A stretch of 64,000 bases of DNA from Octopus sinensis (taxonomy: Eukaryota): assembly GCF_006345805.1 (NCBI RefSeq), contig NC_042998.1, positions 125,488,001 through 125,552,000 on the forward strand. Reading direction: 5' to 3'. The translations under genes were made by a program, and so were the position numbers. Positions 27,901 through 42,900 of this stretch are shown here, one piece after another; within the stretch, counting starts at the first letter, position 1, and each line of letters begins with the position of its first letter. Under the pieces are notes generated by a model. It was given only the letters and a program-made list of their open reading frames with translations, searched no databases and had not been told where the DNA came from.

Positions 27901-30900
27901 TCACTGAGAACATTGGCACATTCTGGCATTTCTCGTTTGTTGTTTAGCAGCTCAGAAGTGTGGGTCAAGATCATAGGAAGAAGAATATGTCGGCACGCTG
28001 TGGAGAAAATATTAACGCTATAAAAAGGCACAAATTCTTGTAACATCTTCATTATTTTGAATTTATGTATCAGACAATTATAATACTTCTCTGCTTCTTT
28101 TTACATCATTGTGCACCATATTGTAAACATTAAAAACGCATCTATTAGATTGATTAAGTTTTTGCATAGTTAGTTAGTTAGTTAGTTAATTTGGCTCAAA
28201 AGCAAATAGCAAGGCCATGTAGGGGGACATGGAGTTAAGTACAGGGTGGTGTTCATGTAAAGAGTTCAGGCCACTTGAGGTCAAGGGAGGCTTTGAACAA
28301 AGCGGTCGTCGGCATCTTCACCATCTCGTCTGGCAGCTTGTTCCACGGATCCGCAACTCGGACGGAGAAAGCTCCTCTCCTTCGATTGAGATGAAATCGT
28401 CGCAGGTAGAGCTTTTCGGAATGACTCCGCAGCCGACGCTCTGGAGCAGGAGTGAAGAACAGCTCTTTCGAGAGGTTACACTTTCCGCTTATGATGTTAT
28501 GGGCGAGAATGAGATCACCACGGCGGCGGCGTTTTTCAAGAGAATAAAGGTCGAGCGTCCTCAGCCTTTCTTCGTAGGACAAATTTTTGAGACCATGAAC
28601 CATGCGGGTAGCCAGCTTCTGGACTCTTTCGAGATGCTGTATGTCTTTGAGGAGATAAGGAGAAGAGGCTTGAATCCCATACTCCAATATGGGTCTCACC
28701 AGCGTGACATAGAGTGGTAGGAATATGGCTGCTGTGAGCATTCCAAATGACCGTCGAATCAAGAACAGAATTCCGCGTGCTTTGTTGGCAGCATGGACGC
28801 ACTGGGCCGAAGGCAAAAAGGAGGAATCCACCAAGATACCTAGGTCCTTTACCTGATCGGTCCTCTCCAGCAGCAGACGACCCGGCTCGAAATCAAGTTG
28901 AGTTGCAGGAGTAGAGCCGACAGGCAGATGACAGCACTTTGACATGTTCAGACACAGGTCCCAATTGTTAGACCACTTCCAAATTTGGTGGAGGCATCGA
29001 CGAAGATCCTCTATATTACCGCGAGGAGCGACCAGTTTGATATCGTCGGCAAATAGAAGGGTGTGTTGCGTGAGGTCGTCGGGCAAGTCATTTATGAAGA
29101 CTAAGAACAACAAGGGCCCAAGCACTGAACCTTGAGGCACGCCAGAGTAATAATACTCTTTTGGTAAAGAGAAGAGCACAGTTGATTAAAATGTTCCTTA
29201 GCTAGGAGAGTAAACATACAGAGCTACTAACTCTTGCAGGCATTTCTTTGTTGATTTTGGAAAAACTTTTTATTCTGTTGACTTTAGTATATCTAGCAAT
29301 GAAGAATAGGTAACAAAATGTTTAGAAATTTTATTGTAATAAATTAACAAAGGATCTATCTTCATTCATTTAAAGTCACTGAAAATGGAATTAACCCTTT
29401 CGTTACCAAACCGCCCAAAGCCGCCCGAAAAAAATTTTGGTTTATGAAACCAAACCGCCCAAAGCCGCCTGAATTTACCTATTCATATTTAAATGAGAAT
29501 ATCAGAGCAAATCTCTTCAGTACATTCGTGAAAACACGTATTATACTTCGTAAACAGTTCAACTACAGTTTTGTACAATAATCGAAGTGTAATTTTAATT
29601 CCGTGAATTTTGGGAGATTTTTTCCGAAATTGTTCCTATTGTGTTTTCAAAATTTGTAATTCTGACAAAAAATGGATACGAATTTCATTATATCAAGCAG
29701 CGAGTCAGAATTCGAAGGATTTTCTACTGAAGACCTTCATAAATCTAACTCTATGACTGAAAAAAAAAGCACATGGTATTTGATAATGAATTTGATGTTT
29801 CATTTTCCGAAAGTGAAAACAGTGAATCTGAGATCTCCGATAGCGATAAAGAAAACGAATTGGCACCTGAATGGAGTGAAAATTTAAAAACTGTTTTTTC
29901 GGTGATTTTTCTGCAGAAACTGGACCAAGCCACAGACTTTCCCAGAAGGGTAAAGCCTTAGGCTATTTCTATTTACTTTTTCGAATGAGCCTATTTGAAA
30001 TCATTACAGCGAAAACGAACCGTTACGCTAAACGTAAACAAAACGAAAGAAAGGATAGTTTGTTATTTCCCACAACCTTAAATGAAATTAAGGCCTATTT
30101 TGCCATAAATATTATTATGGGTATCAGAAAGTTACCCAGAATAACAAATTCTATCATAAAATTTTGTTGTATACCCAATTGAATATTAGCTAATATTTTC
30201 TATAGCGATGTTTGAACAAAATTTTAATAATTTTATATTTTGTGGAATTTACCTGTATCTACCTGCAAATAGAGTCACTTTGTGACAAAAATTATAGTAT
30301 AGAATTGGTTGAGAATATTTCATTAAATTATCTTCCAAAAATCAGATTAATATATCAATAAATAAAAAAGTTATAGTTGTTTAATGAAACCAGACTAAAT
30401 TTATGATTACGTTAGAAATTAATTGAAACACATAAGGGGTGTAATTTGGTCAGAAATATAGTAACGAAAGGGTTAAGTAATGACTATAAATGTTTGAGAT
30501 ATGTGAAAGGATTAAGTCAAATATTGTTTTCTTTTAAAAGGACAAAATATAAAACTCAAACTTGGTGGGATATTAATAAAAAAATAATAAGTTACTTAAG
30601 TAGATACAGTAGAGCATCTCACCAGCTTTATCTTATGTCAACTCCATTGACATTAGGCTATGAAAATAAGGACAAGCTCAAATTTTATAAGGAAATAGGA
30701 AATGACGGTGAGGGTAAATTTAATTGAATCTACTTCCACAAATTATAAGTACTTCATTTATCAATTCTAGATAGATGAAATGCAATAGGAATCCTAGTAA
30801 GAATTGAACTTAGGAAAATATCTTCCATAAATAATTCAGTTTCAGTAAAAGTTACTTACCACTATCCTCAAATAGTTTACTGTGGACCAGGTTGTTAATA

Positions 30901-33900
30901 CTTTGCATTTTTTGATTGGACAGCCGATTCGGTGGTATGGCATCAAAGAATGCCACCAATAGTTTACTACAATGTAAAGGAAAAAGAAAGCTTTTTTATA
31001 AATCAGTAGTTGATAACCAGTTGTATAGTCCCAATGAACAACAGAAATATGCAGGAAATAAATTTCCTCAAATGTACAGTGGAGTCCTTGGAACTACCTA
31101 GATGACCAAATTAGCAGCAGTGGAGGTTGTTTTGAAAGCATATTTCATAGAATAGGAACTGTCTGGGCCAAGTTCAGAAAGCTATTACCTTTGTTGGTCA
31201 CAAAAGGCCTCTCCCTCAGAGTGAAAGGCAAATTGTATGATGCCTGTGTATAAACAGCTATGCTACATGGCAGTGAAACATGGACTGTGACTGCAGAGAC
31301 CATATGAAGGCATGAAAGAAATGAAGCTAGCATGTTCTGCTGGATGTATAATATTAGTGTATATGTACAATGAAGTGTAAAGGTTTTGAGGGAAAAATTG
31401 GGTATAAGAAGCATCAGTTGTGGTGTGCAAGAGGGAAGACTGCACTGGTATGGTCATGTGATGCATACTTATCTCTAAATGAGGAGGGAACCTGTGGAAG
31501 AGGAAGACTGAGAAAGAAGTGGAATGCAGTGATGGGAAGTGATCTTCAGATGTCAAGCCTCACAGAGATGAGAAAAGACCAACACAACTGGCATTATGCT
31601 GTGATTGAGAAGACTAAACAAGCAGAGTAAAATCCCCTCCCTCTCCCACAACTCACTTCTGCTTACCACTGATGTTTCTCCCTTCCCTCCATTCTCCCGA
31701 AGGTGTCCACCGACCTACCAGCACACAATACAACCCTGTTAAATCCCTTCCCTTCACCCCATCTCTAGCTCCCACTCTCCTTTCGAAATCTCGTGTCACC
31801 TACCCACCCTGTTCTATCCTTTGTCCACTCCACTATATATGCCACCCTGTAACTTGGATGCACAGCCGTCCCCCTCACCTCTCTGTCACATCTTCACTAT
31901 CTTTCTCTTCTCTGTCTCTTCTCCAGCTGAGAAAGCCATGTCTTGTGTCTAATACAAGACACCTTTCTGTCCCTCAATATTTCTCGCACTAGTTGAAGGG
32001 TCTTTTCCTGCAAGTTATTTGGTGACTTCACTACTGCTGGTGCCATGTAAAAAGTAGCCAGTATACTCAGTAAAATGGCTGGCATGAGGAAAGGCATCTA
32101 GCCACAAAAACATGCCACAACAAACAACAGAGCTTGGAGTATCTTGTTTTGTCAAACCATCCTACCCATGCCAACAGGGAAAATGGAAATTAAATGATGA
32201 TGATGATGATGATGATGGTATGTTCTCTATGGGCTCTCTGCATTGTGCTAATGTAATTGGTTATGATTTGTAGAAGTCAGCATATTATCACAGGATTCAA
32301 AGTGACTAGAATTTTAAAAATGAAAAAAGCAGCAGACTAAGGAGAAATGGTAGCAGTCATAGCTTTTTGTAAGTTCACTCCTGATGGATAAGAGTGGTGG
32401 AGTTGATGCTCCAGTGAAACTACTGTATATCAACACCTGTAGGTAAAAAAAAGGTGAGCAGAGAAGGAAACAGCTGCAGTGCTGGAGATGAAGGTTTATA
32501 AGTATGGTCTGCAGCAATTTAATATAGGAGCAATGTCAAGAGATAGGTGCATTGGACAGGCTTCGATGGAAATGGTAGTGGTGATTGTGTTGTCAGGAGA
32601 CAATATAGTGAAAATAAAACTGAAGTGAAAACAAAAGAGAAGAAATAGCTAACATTTTGGGTTGAGTCTTTCATCTTTTCTGATGAATGGTTCTTGCTCA
32701 AGTCCTCCTCTCATACCCTTCGTTTTTACATCTTTTATCTATTTTCCATGAGTGGAAATACCTTTTTTTTGATCATTTTTCATTGTATGACAGACATTTA
32801 GTGGTGGATCAAATATTTTTTTTTATCAATTCTGACGTTGGTGCAGTATCTATTTTCAGCCATCCAGACTGAGGGAAGCAGAGTTATGACAAAAGGGAAC
32901 AGTGTAATGATTAAATTTACAACAGATTTTTCTCTATTAAGATTTAAACTTATGTTTTAGTCAGCAGACAAGCTTTTTATTCACACATACTCTAGTATCA
33001 AATACCATTAGTAATATCTAAAAAAAATTAAATGCTTAATAGTTTGGTAAAATGTAAAGAATGTAATAACATTTTTCAATTAATTTTAGTCATTATAAAA
33101 TGAGAAGATGAAAAAACAATAAAAAGAAAAGGGAAAATAATGGCCTTACCTGAGTTCAGTTGGACTAAATACAGAAATCACATCAGGTATTGTGGCTGTA
33201 ATATATTTCAATGCAGCACCCTGAAGAAAGTAACAAACATTAATAACAAACTGATAACAGATGGAAATGTTCTCTCTCATATACCATTTTCCATGCATGC
33301 ATTTTCCATGCATGCATGGGTTGGATGGGGGTTATTGAGGTAAATTTTCTATGGCTGAATATTGCCACCAGCCATCACCTGTTGACAAGCAAGGTAATAA
33401 TTCCCCCATAGCCAGACATGCTCTTGCAGAATATTGGAAATTAATGACACTACTTGTAAGACAGTGACACTCATTTACATCATGTGATGTTGAGACAAAG
33501 AGACACATACACACACTGAAACATAAATATACATATACAATGGGTTCCTTTCAATTTTGCTCTACCAAATCCATTTGCAAAGGTTTTGGTCAGCTTAGGG
33601 TAATAGTGGAAGACACTTCCTCAAGGTACCATGCAGTGAGACTAAACCAGGGCACATGTATGCATGAATATATATATATGTGCATGTATATGCATGTGTG
33701 TGAATGGTTACATTCTGCAATGTGTTTACAAGAAATCATTTGAGCAAAAAGTAGTGATTTATGTTGACAATCCCTATCAATAAACCCTCCACAGTAGCTT
33801 TGAACTTTTGAAGTCAAGAATAAAAATTCCTTACTTGAAAAACAAGAATAGGTTAACAACAAGAAGAGTATAAGGCTATAAAATAATGTCTCAATAACTA

Positions 33901-36900
33901 ATCCAACTTAATCTAGCATGAAATTAAATGAAGAAATATACACATATTTGCATGTATGTATCAGTGTACATATATACTTGAGAATTTAAACTTATGCCTA
34001 AATAGAAAAAATCCACTACATGGGTAAAAAGTTCACAACTCTTAAAACAAAAAAACAACAACATAAAAATAAAAAAATTTTTTAAAAACAACTGAAACAA
34101 AGATATAGATACTTACTTGAACTAGGATAGTAGTGTCAGCTTTGTGAGCCATCATTTGATTGATAGACATAAAAAGCTGTCTCAAACTAATCTCAAACTG
34201 TTCTCGGCCGCGTTCATCATTGATTCTGGCAAGATAAGCAGACAATAATTAATGTTCTGACCCACAAAACACAGTAAATGGAAACACACTAAACTATCTC
34301 TGGTTAGTATAGTAATATTATTATCCTGTCATTTCTTATATTCCTTCTAGACTAGTTTAATGCATTTGCATCCCAATGTTTATATAGTTGATTCTATGGT
34401 TTTAATTACTTAGAAAATGTTATATCTTATTCTCAGAGCATGTTCTGATGCTATCATACATATTCTCATTTTCTTAAGCACACCGTAAGCTTTCACTATT
34501 TCAATCTCTTTCACCTTTCTCCCAATGATTTGGGGCTTTTAATTATGCACATTTTAAACCTGATTTCAAAGTAAATAAATTCATTAAGTTCAAACTCTGT
34601 GATGGTAAACATTCCACCTAAGAATAAAATATGACAGAGCAAAAGTTAAAAAAAGAAAGAAAAAAAGAAAGAGAAAACGAAATGAAATATGATGTGCTAC
34701 TTACATAGAAAAGAGAAAGCGAGATCGGATTATAAATTTCATGATATACTCCAAGGATTTCATGGCAATGAAAAGTGTAGGATTGGACTCAGTTGCTGAA
34801 TCAACATAGTCTTTCAAGATAACAATTAATTTACTGAAATATATTAAATGTTCATACAAATTAAGAACTGATACAATCAGGGGGTGAGGATTCTACAGGA
34901 AAATAGCTTTAAGATAATGAACATTTAAAAAAGAACATCCTTAATTTCTGCATGCTTGTTTGTTTAACTAAAAATAAGAGAGCAAGTACAAAACATTATT
35001 TTACTACATTTAGCATCAAACATAATATGCACAATGATATTTATTACCAATTGGATATGTTTCAAGAACCAATAAAAAATTTTTTCCAACATCTTCAAAA
35101 TTCAGTAACTTTGAAAGAAAGACATTGGTAATGTAATAAGAGGTAAGAGCAAATCCATCATGCAGCATTATTTGTCACGCAAGGATGATATATATATATA
35201 TATGCGGGAAGCCAGCCCTTCTGGGCCATCTCCACGAGCTGCTCTGTCAGTGCTGGGAGGAGGGCTCTGTCCCTAAGGATATGCGTGACGCAGACATCAT
35301 CACACTGTATAAAAACAAAGGGGACAGAAGCGACTGCAATAATTACAGGGGCATATCACTGCTCAGCACTGTCGGTAAGGCATTTGCCAGGGTGGTCCTG
35401 AAGAGGTTGCAAATACTTGCAGAGCGTGTGTACCCCGAGTCTCAGTCTGGCTTTAGGGCAGAGAGATCTACAATTGACATGATCTTCTCACTCAGGCAGC
35501 TTTAAGAAAAGAGTCGAGAACAGAGACAGCCCCTATACGTGGCCTTCATCGACCTGGCTAAGACGTTCGACTCAGTCAGCAGGGAGGGGCTGTTTGCGCT
35601 CCTGGGTAGGATAGGTTGGCCTCCCAGACTGCTGAAACTCATCACCTCCTTTCACGACGGTATGCAGAGAACAGTGCAGTTTGACGTATCGCTCTCGGAG
35701 TCATTCCCCATCCAGAGTGGAGTGAAACAGGGTTGCGTTCTGGCGCCGACGCTCTTCGGAATTTTCTTCTCCCTTGTCCTGTCCTATGCCTTCAGAACGT
35801 CCGACGACGGAGTGTTCCTCCACACCAGGGCTGATGGTGGATTGTTCAATCTTGCGCGCCTCAGAGCTAAGACCAAAGTCCGTCAGGTGCTGATCAGAGA
35901 GATCCTCTTTGCTGACGATGCCGCCCTAACATCACACAACCAACCGGGTCTCCAGAGGCTGGTCAGCTCCCTGGCGGATGCCTGCCAAGAGTTCGGCCTT
36001 ACCATCAGCCTGAAAAAGACAGAGATCATGGGCTAGGACGTCGGAGGGGTCCCCAGCATCAGTGTCGGCGACCACAGCTTGCAGGTGGTGAACAAGTTCA
36101 CTTACCTGGGATCGACGGTCTCCAGCAGCCTGTCCCTCGAGCCGGAGCTGAACAGACGGATTGGGAAGGCTGCTGCTGCCATGGCTAAGCTCTCCAGGAG
36201 AGTGTGGGAAAGCAACATGCTCACAATAACCACCAAGATCGCAGTGTACCGAGCCTGCGTGCTGAGCACCCTACTCTACGGCAGCGAGAGCTGGACAACA
36301 TACACCCGGCAGGAATGCCGCCTCAGCAGCTTCCACATGCGGTGTCTTCGACGGATCCTTGGCATCTCCTGGAAGGACCGAGTACCAAACGGAGTCATCC
36401 TGGAACAGACTAATATGCCAAGCATGTATGCCCTCCTCGTGCGGAGACGACTGCGCTGGTTCGGACACGTCTGCCGCATGCAGGACGGTCGCATGCCTAA
36501 AGACATCCTGTACAGCGAACTCACCACGGGATCCCGACCCAAGGGACGTCCACAGCTACGATACAGGGACGTGTGCAAGCGCGACCTGAGGACTGCCAAC
36601 ATCTGTGTGGACACGTGGGAGGAAACAGCTGCTGACCACTCTGCCTGGCGTCGGACGGTGAGGAAAGGCGTTTCCATGGCTGAGGAGAGGAGAGCACAGC
36701 TGTGGTTGGACAGGCGGGACAGGAGGAGGACAACTGCAGCAACACCCCACACGTACCCATCGATGTTCGTGTGCAGCAAATGTACCAAGGACTGCCACTC
36801 TAGAATTGGACTGTTCAGTCACAGCAGACGCTGCACATCATCAAAGTAGGCCCCACCCTTGGCGCAACCCATTGTCTATCAAGACAGATGGGGAAAGAGA

Positions 36901-39900
36901 AATATATATATATATATGCCAACATAGTTGATATGTTTCTTTTTTGAATATATTAAAGTGGACACTATATCTCTTAACAGTAAAATGATTAATCAGATTA
37001 TTTTTATGTCACATTGTGATAAGATCTACCTTCATATTGCCATGATAAAATGGGTGTTTTTATAAATATGTACATTTTCTTAAGAATTACTGGGGTGAAT
37101 GCTTTATTCAGTTTATATGAAGGATCCATTAATTACAAAATGGAGAAGTGGGGTCAAGGCTGCATTTCCCAGTTAGGAAGCCTGAAGGAAGCAGAGTAAA
37201 ACTTCTTGTATTGTGGCATAGCATAATGCTTCTATGTTTCAATTGAATACTTTATCCCTTTGTCATTAGTGCCACTCATATAATTATAGATTGTATGAGA
37301 CCTACCAACATCACAATTCTCATCATTATCTTCACAAGGTTGATAGATAAGAGACTGCACAAGAATTATTTGTAGCCAATACCTTCACTTTTTCCATATA
37401 GCTAATCATCACTCAATTTTTAATTGTCATCCATCAATTTACTTTTACCATCATCTACCTCTTTTATTACCCAACACACTCACACTCTCTCTCTCTGTTC
37501 CTATCATCACACTCTTGATCCTTTCACTCACCCATCCTCACTCTTCTGTCATTGTTCTCTCCCCTGTCACTTCTGAAGTTGCATAACCTTTAACAAACAC
37601 ATCATAAAGTAGTGAGTACATTTTACTCTTAAGGTGTGCAAAGCAACCTTTTATGTGCTGGTGCCGTGATAAAATGCACCAGTACATTCTGTAGAATGGA
37701 TGGTAGTAAGGCATCCAGTTGTAGAAACGAAACCAAAAATGGATCACATAAGTGTGATGTAGCCTTCTCATCACTCTAGGAAGGTAGTAACTCTAAATAA
37801 AAAGTGACCTGGACTGTAAGAACCTGCCCAACTCATGCCAACACAGAAAACAGTCAGAAAAGATGAATTATAATTAATGGTTTACTATCTTGATCCTTCA
37901 CCTTGTAATTTCTTACAAAAGGACGACGTTTTATGTTTATAAAGAAGGTAAATTGAGATTATGTGATTTTTCTGCCTCTGTCAAAGATATAAGTGTATTA
38001 TTAACTCAATTTGCTTGGAGTTTACTCCCACAATAATCACTGTATTAGCAGATAAAAGGAATCTGCAGTAGAAACAGATGGTTGTCTCAGAATTAAGCTG
38101 TTCAGAGTTTCAGAATTTAACATAGAAAAAGTGGGAATTATTTTTAACTGACGATTTCATATGAAAGAAATAGTGGCTGTGACTGTTGATAGAAGCAGCT
38201 GAAAGACATACCTGTAGGCCATTGCAAAACTGAAAGTTATTGTAATGTAAGTATCAAGGACAGGCCTGAACTGCTGGTATTTTCGATCAGAAATTAGAGA
38301 GATGATATGGGTCTACAGAAATAAGAGAAAGATAGTTAGTTTGGGATAGAATCAGAAATAAACAATTTGAAAATAAACAAAAAGAAAAAAAAAGAAAAAA
38401 CAGAGTGACAGAATATTGATTACAAATTTTTGCACAAGACCAGCAATTCAGGGAGTGGGGGCAGGACAGGAGTGGAGACAATTACATTGACCCCAGTTCT
38501 CAGTTGGTGCTTGTTTTTATTGACCCCACAAAAGGATTAAAGGCAAAATCGACCTCAATAAAATTCGAACTCAGGACATGAAGATGGATGAAATGCAGCT
38601 AAAGCATTTCGCCAAGCTTGCCACTTAAGTGGAAGAAGTAATACTGGTTTCAGACTTTGCCACAAGTGCAGCAATTTTAGAGAGGGGATGAGTCGATTAC
38701 ATCAACCCCAGTGTTCAGCTGGTACTTATTTTATCAACCTTTAAAGGATAAAAGAAAAAGTCAACCTTGGTGGAATTTGAACTCAGAATGTGAAGACAGA
38801 CAAAATGCTGATAAGCATTTTGCCTGGCATACTAAAGATTCAGCCACCTTGCTGCCTTAATTGGTAGAATATTAATAAGTTTCTTATTCCAGCAAGCACA
38901 ATGACCAGTACTTGTTTTATCAACTCCAGAAGGAACAAAATGAGGAGTAAACTCTACTGGAATAGGTGTTCAGAGTGTTGTGTAACTAATTGTTGTCAGA
39001 TCTTTAAGCCTACTATTCCATGCTTTTGCTACCCCATCTACAAATAATGATAATAATTGTTTTTTTAGGCCCAAGGCCAACAATTCTCAGGGGAGGAAGT
39101 TAATCAATTACATCAACCCCAGTACTTCACAAGACCCTTATTTATTAACTCTATAAGAGTCAGGTTGACCCTGGCAGGAAGATAGCATACAGTCCAATGC
39201 ATTTAATCCAGTACCCTCTCATTCCACACCTCCTTTCTCATGAAATCTTACTATAATGATGATTATACAGTGATATGTATGTATATATCTAAAGACAAAA
39301 AAAACAAACATCCCCTTCTATCATCTTACCTAAGTACATCAAACTACAATTACCTTGATTTGTAATACATTTCAAGAACAAGAAGAAAACTGTCATCAAC
39401 ATCTGAAACCTTGGATTGAACTAGGGACCTTTAACTTTTCAGCCTAACCCTCTATCAGCAGAGCTATTTTAGTTATCTATAAATGGATTTGTAATTTGTA
39501 GAAATATATTTACTGCCATTAAAATGAGAGTATTTTGCTAAAGTAAATTAAACAAAATACATTAAAAAAATGAGAATAACAATATTCCAAATTAAAAAGT
39601 TATTCAAAATAAGTTTGCTCTGTATTTTTTTGTAATTTAATATTTCTTTTACATGTTTTAAATTTGTCTGAAGTCTACAATATTTACATAAATAAGAGAA
39701 CAGACATATTGCCACTATGGCAAACATACGTCTTAACAACCAAGACTTTTATCATCAGACATTTCAAGGTTTGGTAGGCATGTGCAGCAATTCAGTTGTT
39801 GCTCAAACTGCTGAAAATATTAGTCCAAACTTTCACAAGTCACATCCTTAAATAAAGGCTATATTGAACAATATAATTCCTGATATACAAATGATGGGAT

Positions 39901-42900
39901 TTTCATGACGAGAACACCTTTAATCATAGCTTTTTGGCTACAATAAGTTTGGAACTACTGTGTGTTTGAGGCTACCAATTATGAAAGATGAGTATAAGTG
40001 ATTTAATTAACTCCAAATATATTACTAGTAATAATAAATCCTGGAGAGATGAAAAACAACATAAATGTGAGATTGAACTGGAAGCTAAATACCACAAAGC
40101 ATATTGACCAGCTCTTTAATATATTTGCCCCTTACCAGCCATTTCTAACACAGACACAAAGGTCACAAATATACTGGGATGGAACTTAGTAAATTAAATT
40201 GATCCCACTATTTGACTGGTATTGTTTTACTGACCTTATCAGGATGAAAGTCAACTGAAGCAACATATAACCTCAAAGAATGCAGAGACATAACTAATTA
40301 CTGATAGGCATTTAGTTTAGTACTCAACTACTGCTGTCCCTTCCTGTCTTATCATAAAATAAGTTTCAAACTCTGGTACAAGGCCATAAATTTTGATGAT
40401 TTGTCCCTTGTATTTAATTTATACTTATTTTATCAAACCTAGAGAGATAATATTTGATATAGGTTTCTTCCAAATATTCTGGGTACTATATTACAAGTAA
40501 AGCAGAGATTTGTGCTAGAAATCACAGACACACTACTCAGATATTAGAGTAGAAATGTTAAAAATCAAAGATAAAAAAATTACATTAGTTTCTAAATGTT
40601 TTAATCTCATGTGAACATCCCAGTTCAATGTGGAACTAAAATTTCTTTATGAACTATAAGAATATAGAAGGAAAACAAGAAGGTCACTCACCAAAGATGT
40701 GAACACTAAATTTTCATAGGTATCTGAATTGTTGTTTTGCATTAAAATACTGAATAATGAATCAAGCAGATCTTGTAAAAACTGAAGAGAAAGTGAGAGA
40801 AAAATGGAAATTAAATAAAACTTTTTATTTACTTAAATTATTCATTTAATTACAATAAATTGGTAAAGGAAATAAAAGAAACAACATTTGTTTTCTGGAT
40901 AGCCTGCAGTTACCATTGATGATAGCACTAAACATCATAGTTTCAAGGATTTGGTAAATAACTTTTGTTAAATGTCCATTTTATATTTAAGATTTGTGAA
41001 ACATAAATATATTGTAAATGACAAAAAAAATATAAAGTTAAATATAAGACAGTTTCCAACAAAGAACATTCATAACAATAAAAATGTTATTAGAATTAGA
41101 ACAATGGACAGATAAGATTTTCTTTTTAATTATATTTACTTCTGCATATTTTATGGGTAAAATTTTTATTTTTTATTTCTTTATTCATACCAATTAGACA
41201 ATTGAAAATAAATTAATGGCATTAGAATTTTTAGTAGGAATTCTTTTTTCGCCACTGAAATGAAAGAAAAGTTTAATAATTTGCAATTTCCAAAATACAT
41301 TATCACATCACACTTATTTATAGCTAGTGAGATTGGAGCATGTGTGGTTAATCCTTTAACTGGGAAACAGCCACCATAATGATTTAGACAACTGTGACAC
41401 TTTATGCATCATATACAAGTTTAAAATGATATATTTTTGATGGTTTTCATTGAAGACAATAGTTCTCAGCACTCTGCAGCCGATATTTTTCCAATAGTTT
41501 GGTCTGAAGGAAAGAGCGGTATTTATGGCCATTGAAACTCTGACAGACAGTTGAGATTGATCTGATTAATGTTAATCTTATGGTTGTTCAATGGAAGTTA
41601 GACACACTACTGTTTTCTTTGTATATATAGTGGTTATATTTTTGTATTGCTGAAGGAGACAAGAATGACACGACCCCATAAGATAATATTTCCAAAGTCT
41701 CTGTTCATAGAGTTAGATAATGTTTAATGTGGAGTATCAAGGAGGATGATACTTGGATGCAGAAGGTTAAGGTAGAATGAAGAGCAGTGTCAATTGTATA
41801 TGAGGAGGCTTTGTTGATGGAGAAATAAAGTAGGTAGTGGAGCACATCAGAACAAATAGAATGTGGGACAAAGAGAGCTCCATCAGCACACAACACAATG
41901 GTGCAATCTGAGAGGAAGCCATTGACCTAGAACTCAAGATAGAGAAGCCCTCTCTCTTGAGTTCTGAGCAATTTTGTGTGCCAGACATGGATGAATGATG
42001 TCAAGTGCAAAAACAATTTTCACCAAATTTTTCAAGTGTAAGTGCTCACTGATGAGTGACATAGGAGAACTCCAGTAGATCTAGCTTTACGAGAACCATA
42101 GTGATTATTATTGAGGGTAAGAAATTCAAGGTGCTGGAGAAAGGTGGCTGTTAATAACTGTCTTCATTATCTTTGAGACTTTGAAAGAGAGTGTGATAAG
42201 ATGACAGCCGGCAGATTCAGTGTAGCTGCTCTTTCTGAGAATGAAATACTAGGAGATATTTTACATCATTCATACCAAAATCTCTGTCACAAAAACCCTG
42301 GAAAAATTAATTCAAAGGAATTATCAAGTTTTTTCCTGCATTTCCTTTGAGCCCAAAATTGTGGAAAGAATTTACCAAAGTATAGTATTCCTCTTTCTTC
42401 TTCTTGCATCCTGACAAGAAACATTTAAAATGATTAAAAGTGTAAAAATAATGTCTACCTTCACAATCTCTTCACCATCCACAGTCATCAACTCTTCTAG
42501 ATGCTTCTTTAAGGCAACAGAATCATTTAATATTTCTTGCCATTTTAATAAACCAAGGAGATTTACTGTAGAAACAGAAAAAAAAATTAAATACACAACT
42601 GATTGGGTCAAGATATTCAAAACCTACCACACACAAACAATTATAATTCTTAAAAGGTGATAAAATTAATTGTGTAATGTAATATATACATTATTCCTTT
42701 ATTGGATAAAAGAACATATTAGCCTCAAGGTAGAAATCCCTATGTAATGACTAAAAGATAAGCAATGTTATGATCTTTGCAAGAAAATAGAAATTTATAA
42801 AATAGTAGTTAAGATATACTAACCATTATGTGTTAATTTTGTTGAACATACATATGTTTTGATCTGAACAAAATCTTTGGTGCTGATGATAAGGCCACCT

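Noticed and set aside
28229-29135. Plus-strand and alternative-frame ORFs (163, 88, 63 aa) over the CR1 element
   Set aside because: Shadow frames of a GC-rich RT coding sequence
32330-32870. Hydrophobic short ORFs suggesting a membrane protein or mitochondrial insert
   Set aside because: Frames are discontinuous, with no recognisable motif or splice pattern; probably decayed repeat
36204-36822. Several overlapping ORFs up to 170 aa over the RTE element
   Set aside because: Shadow frames of the RTE ORF2
39354-39402. 49-nt segment with ag/GT boundaries
   Set aside because: Not frame-preserving, no DOCK similarity, and exons 9 and 10 join without it
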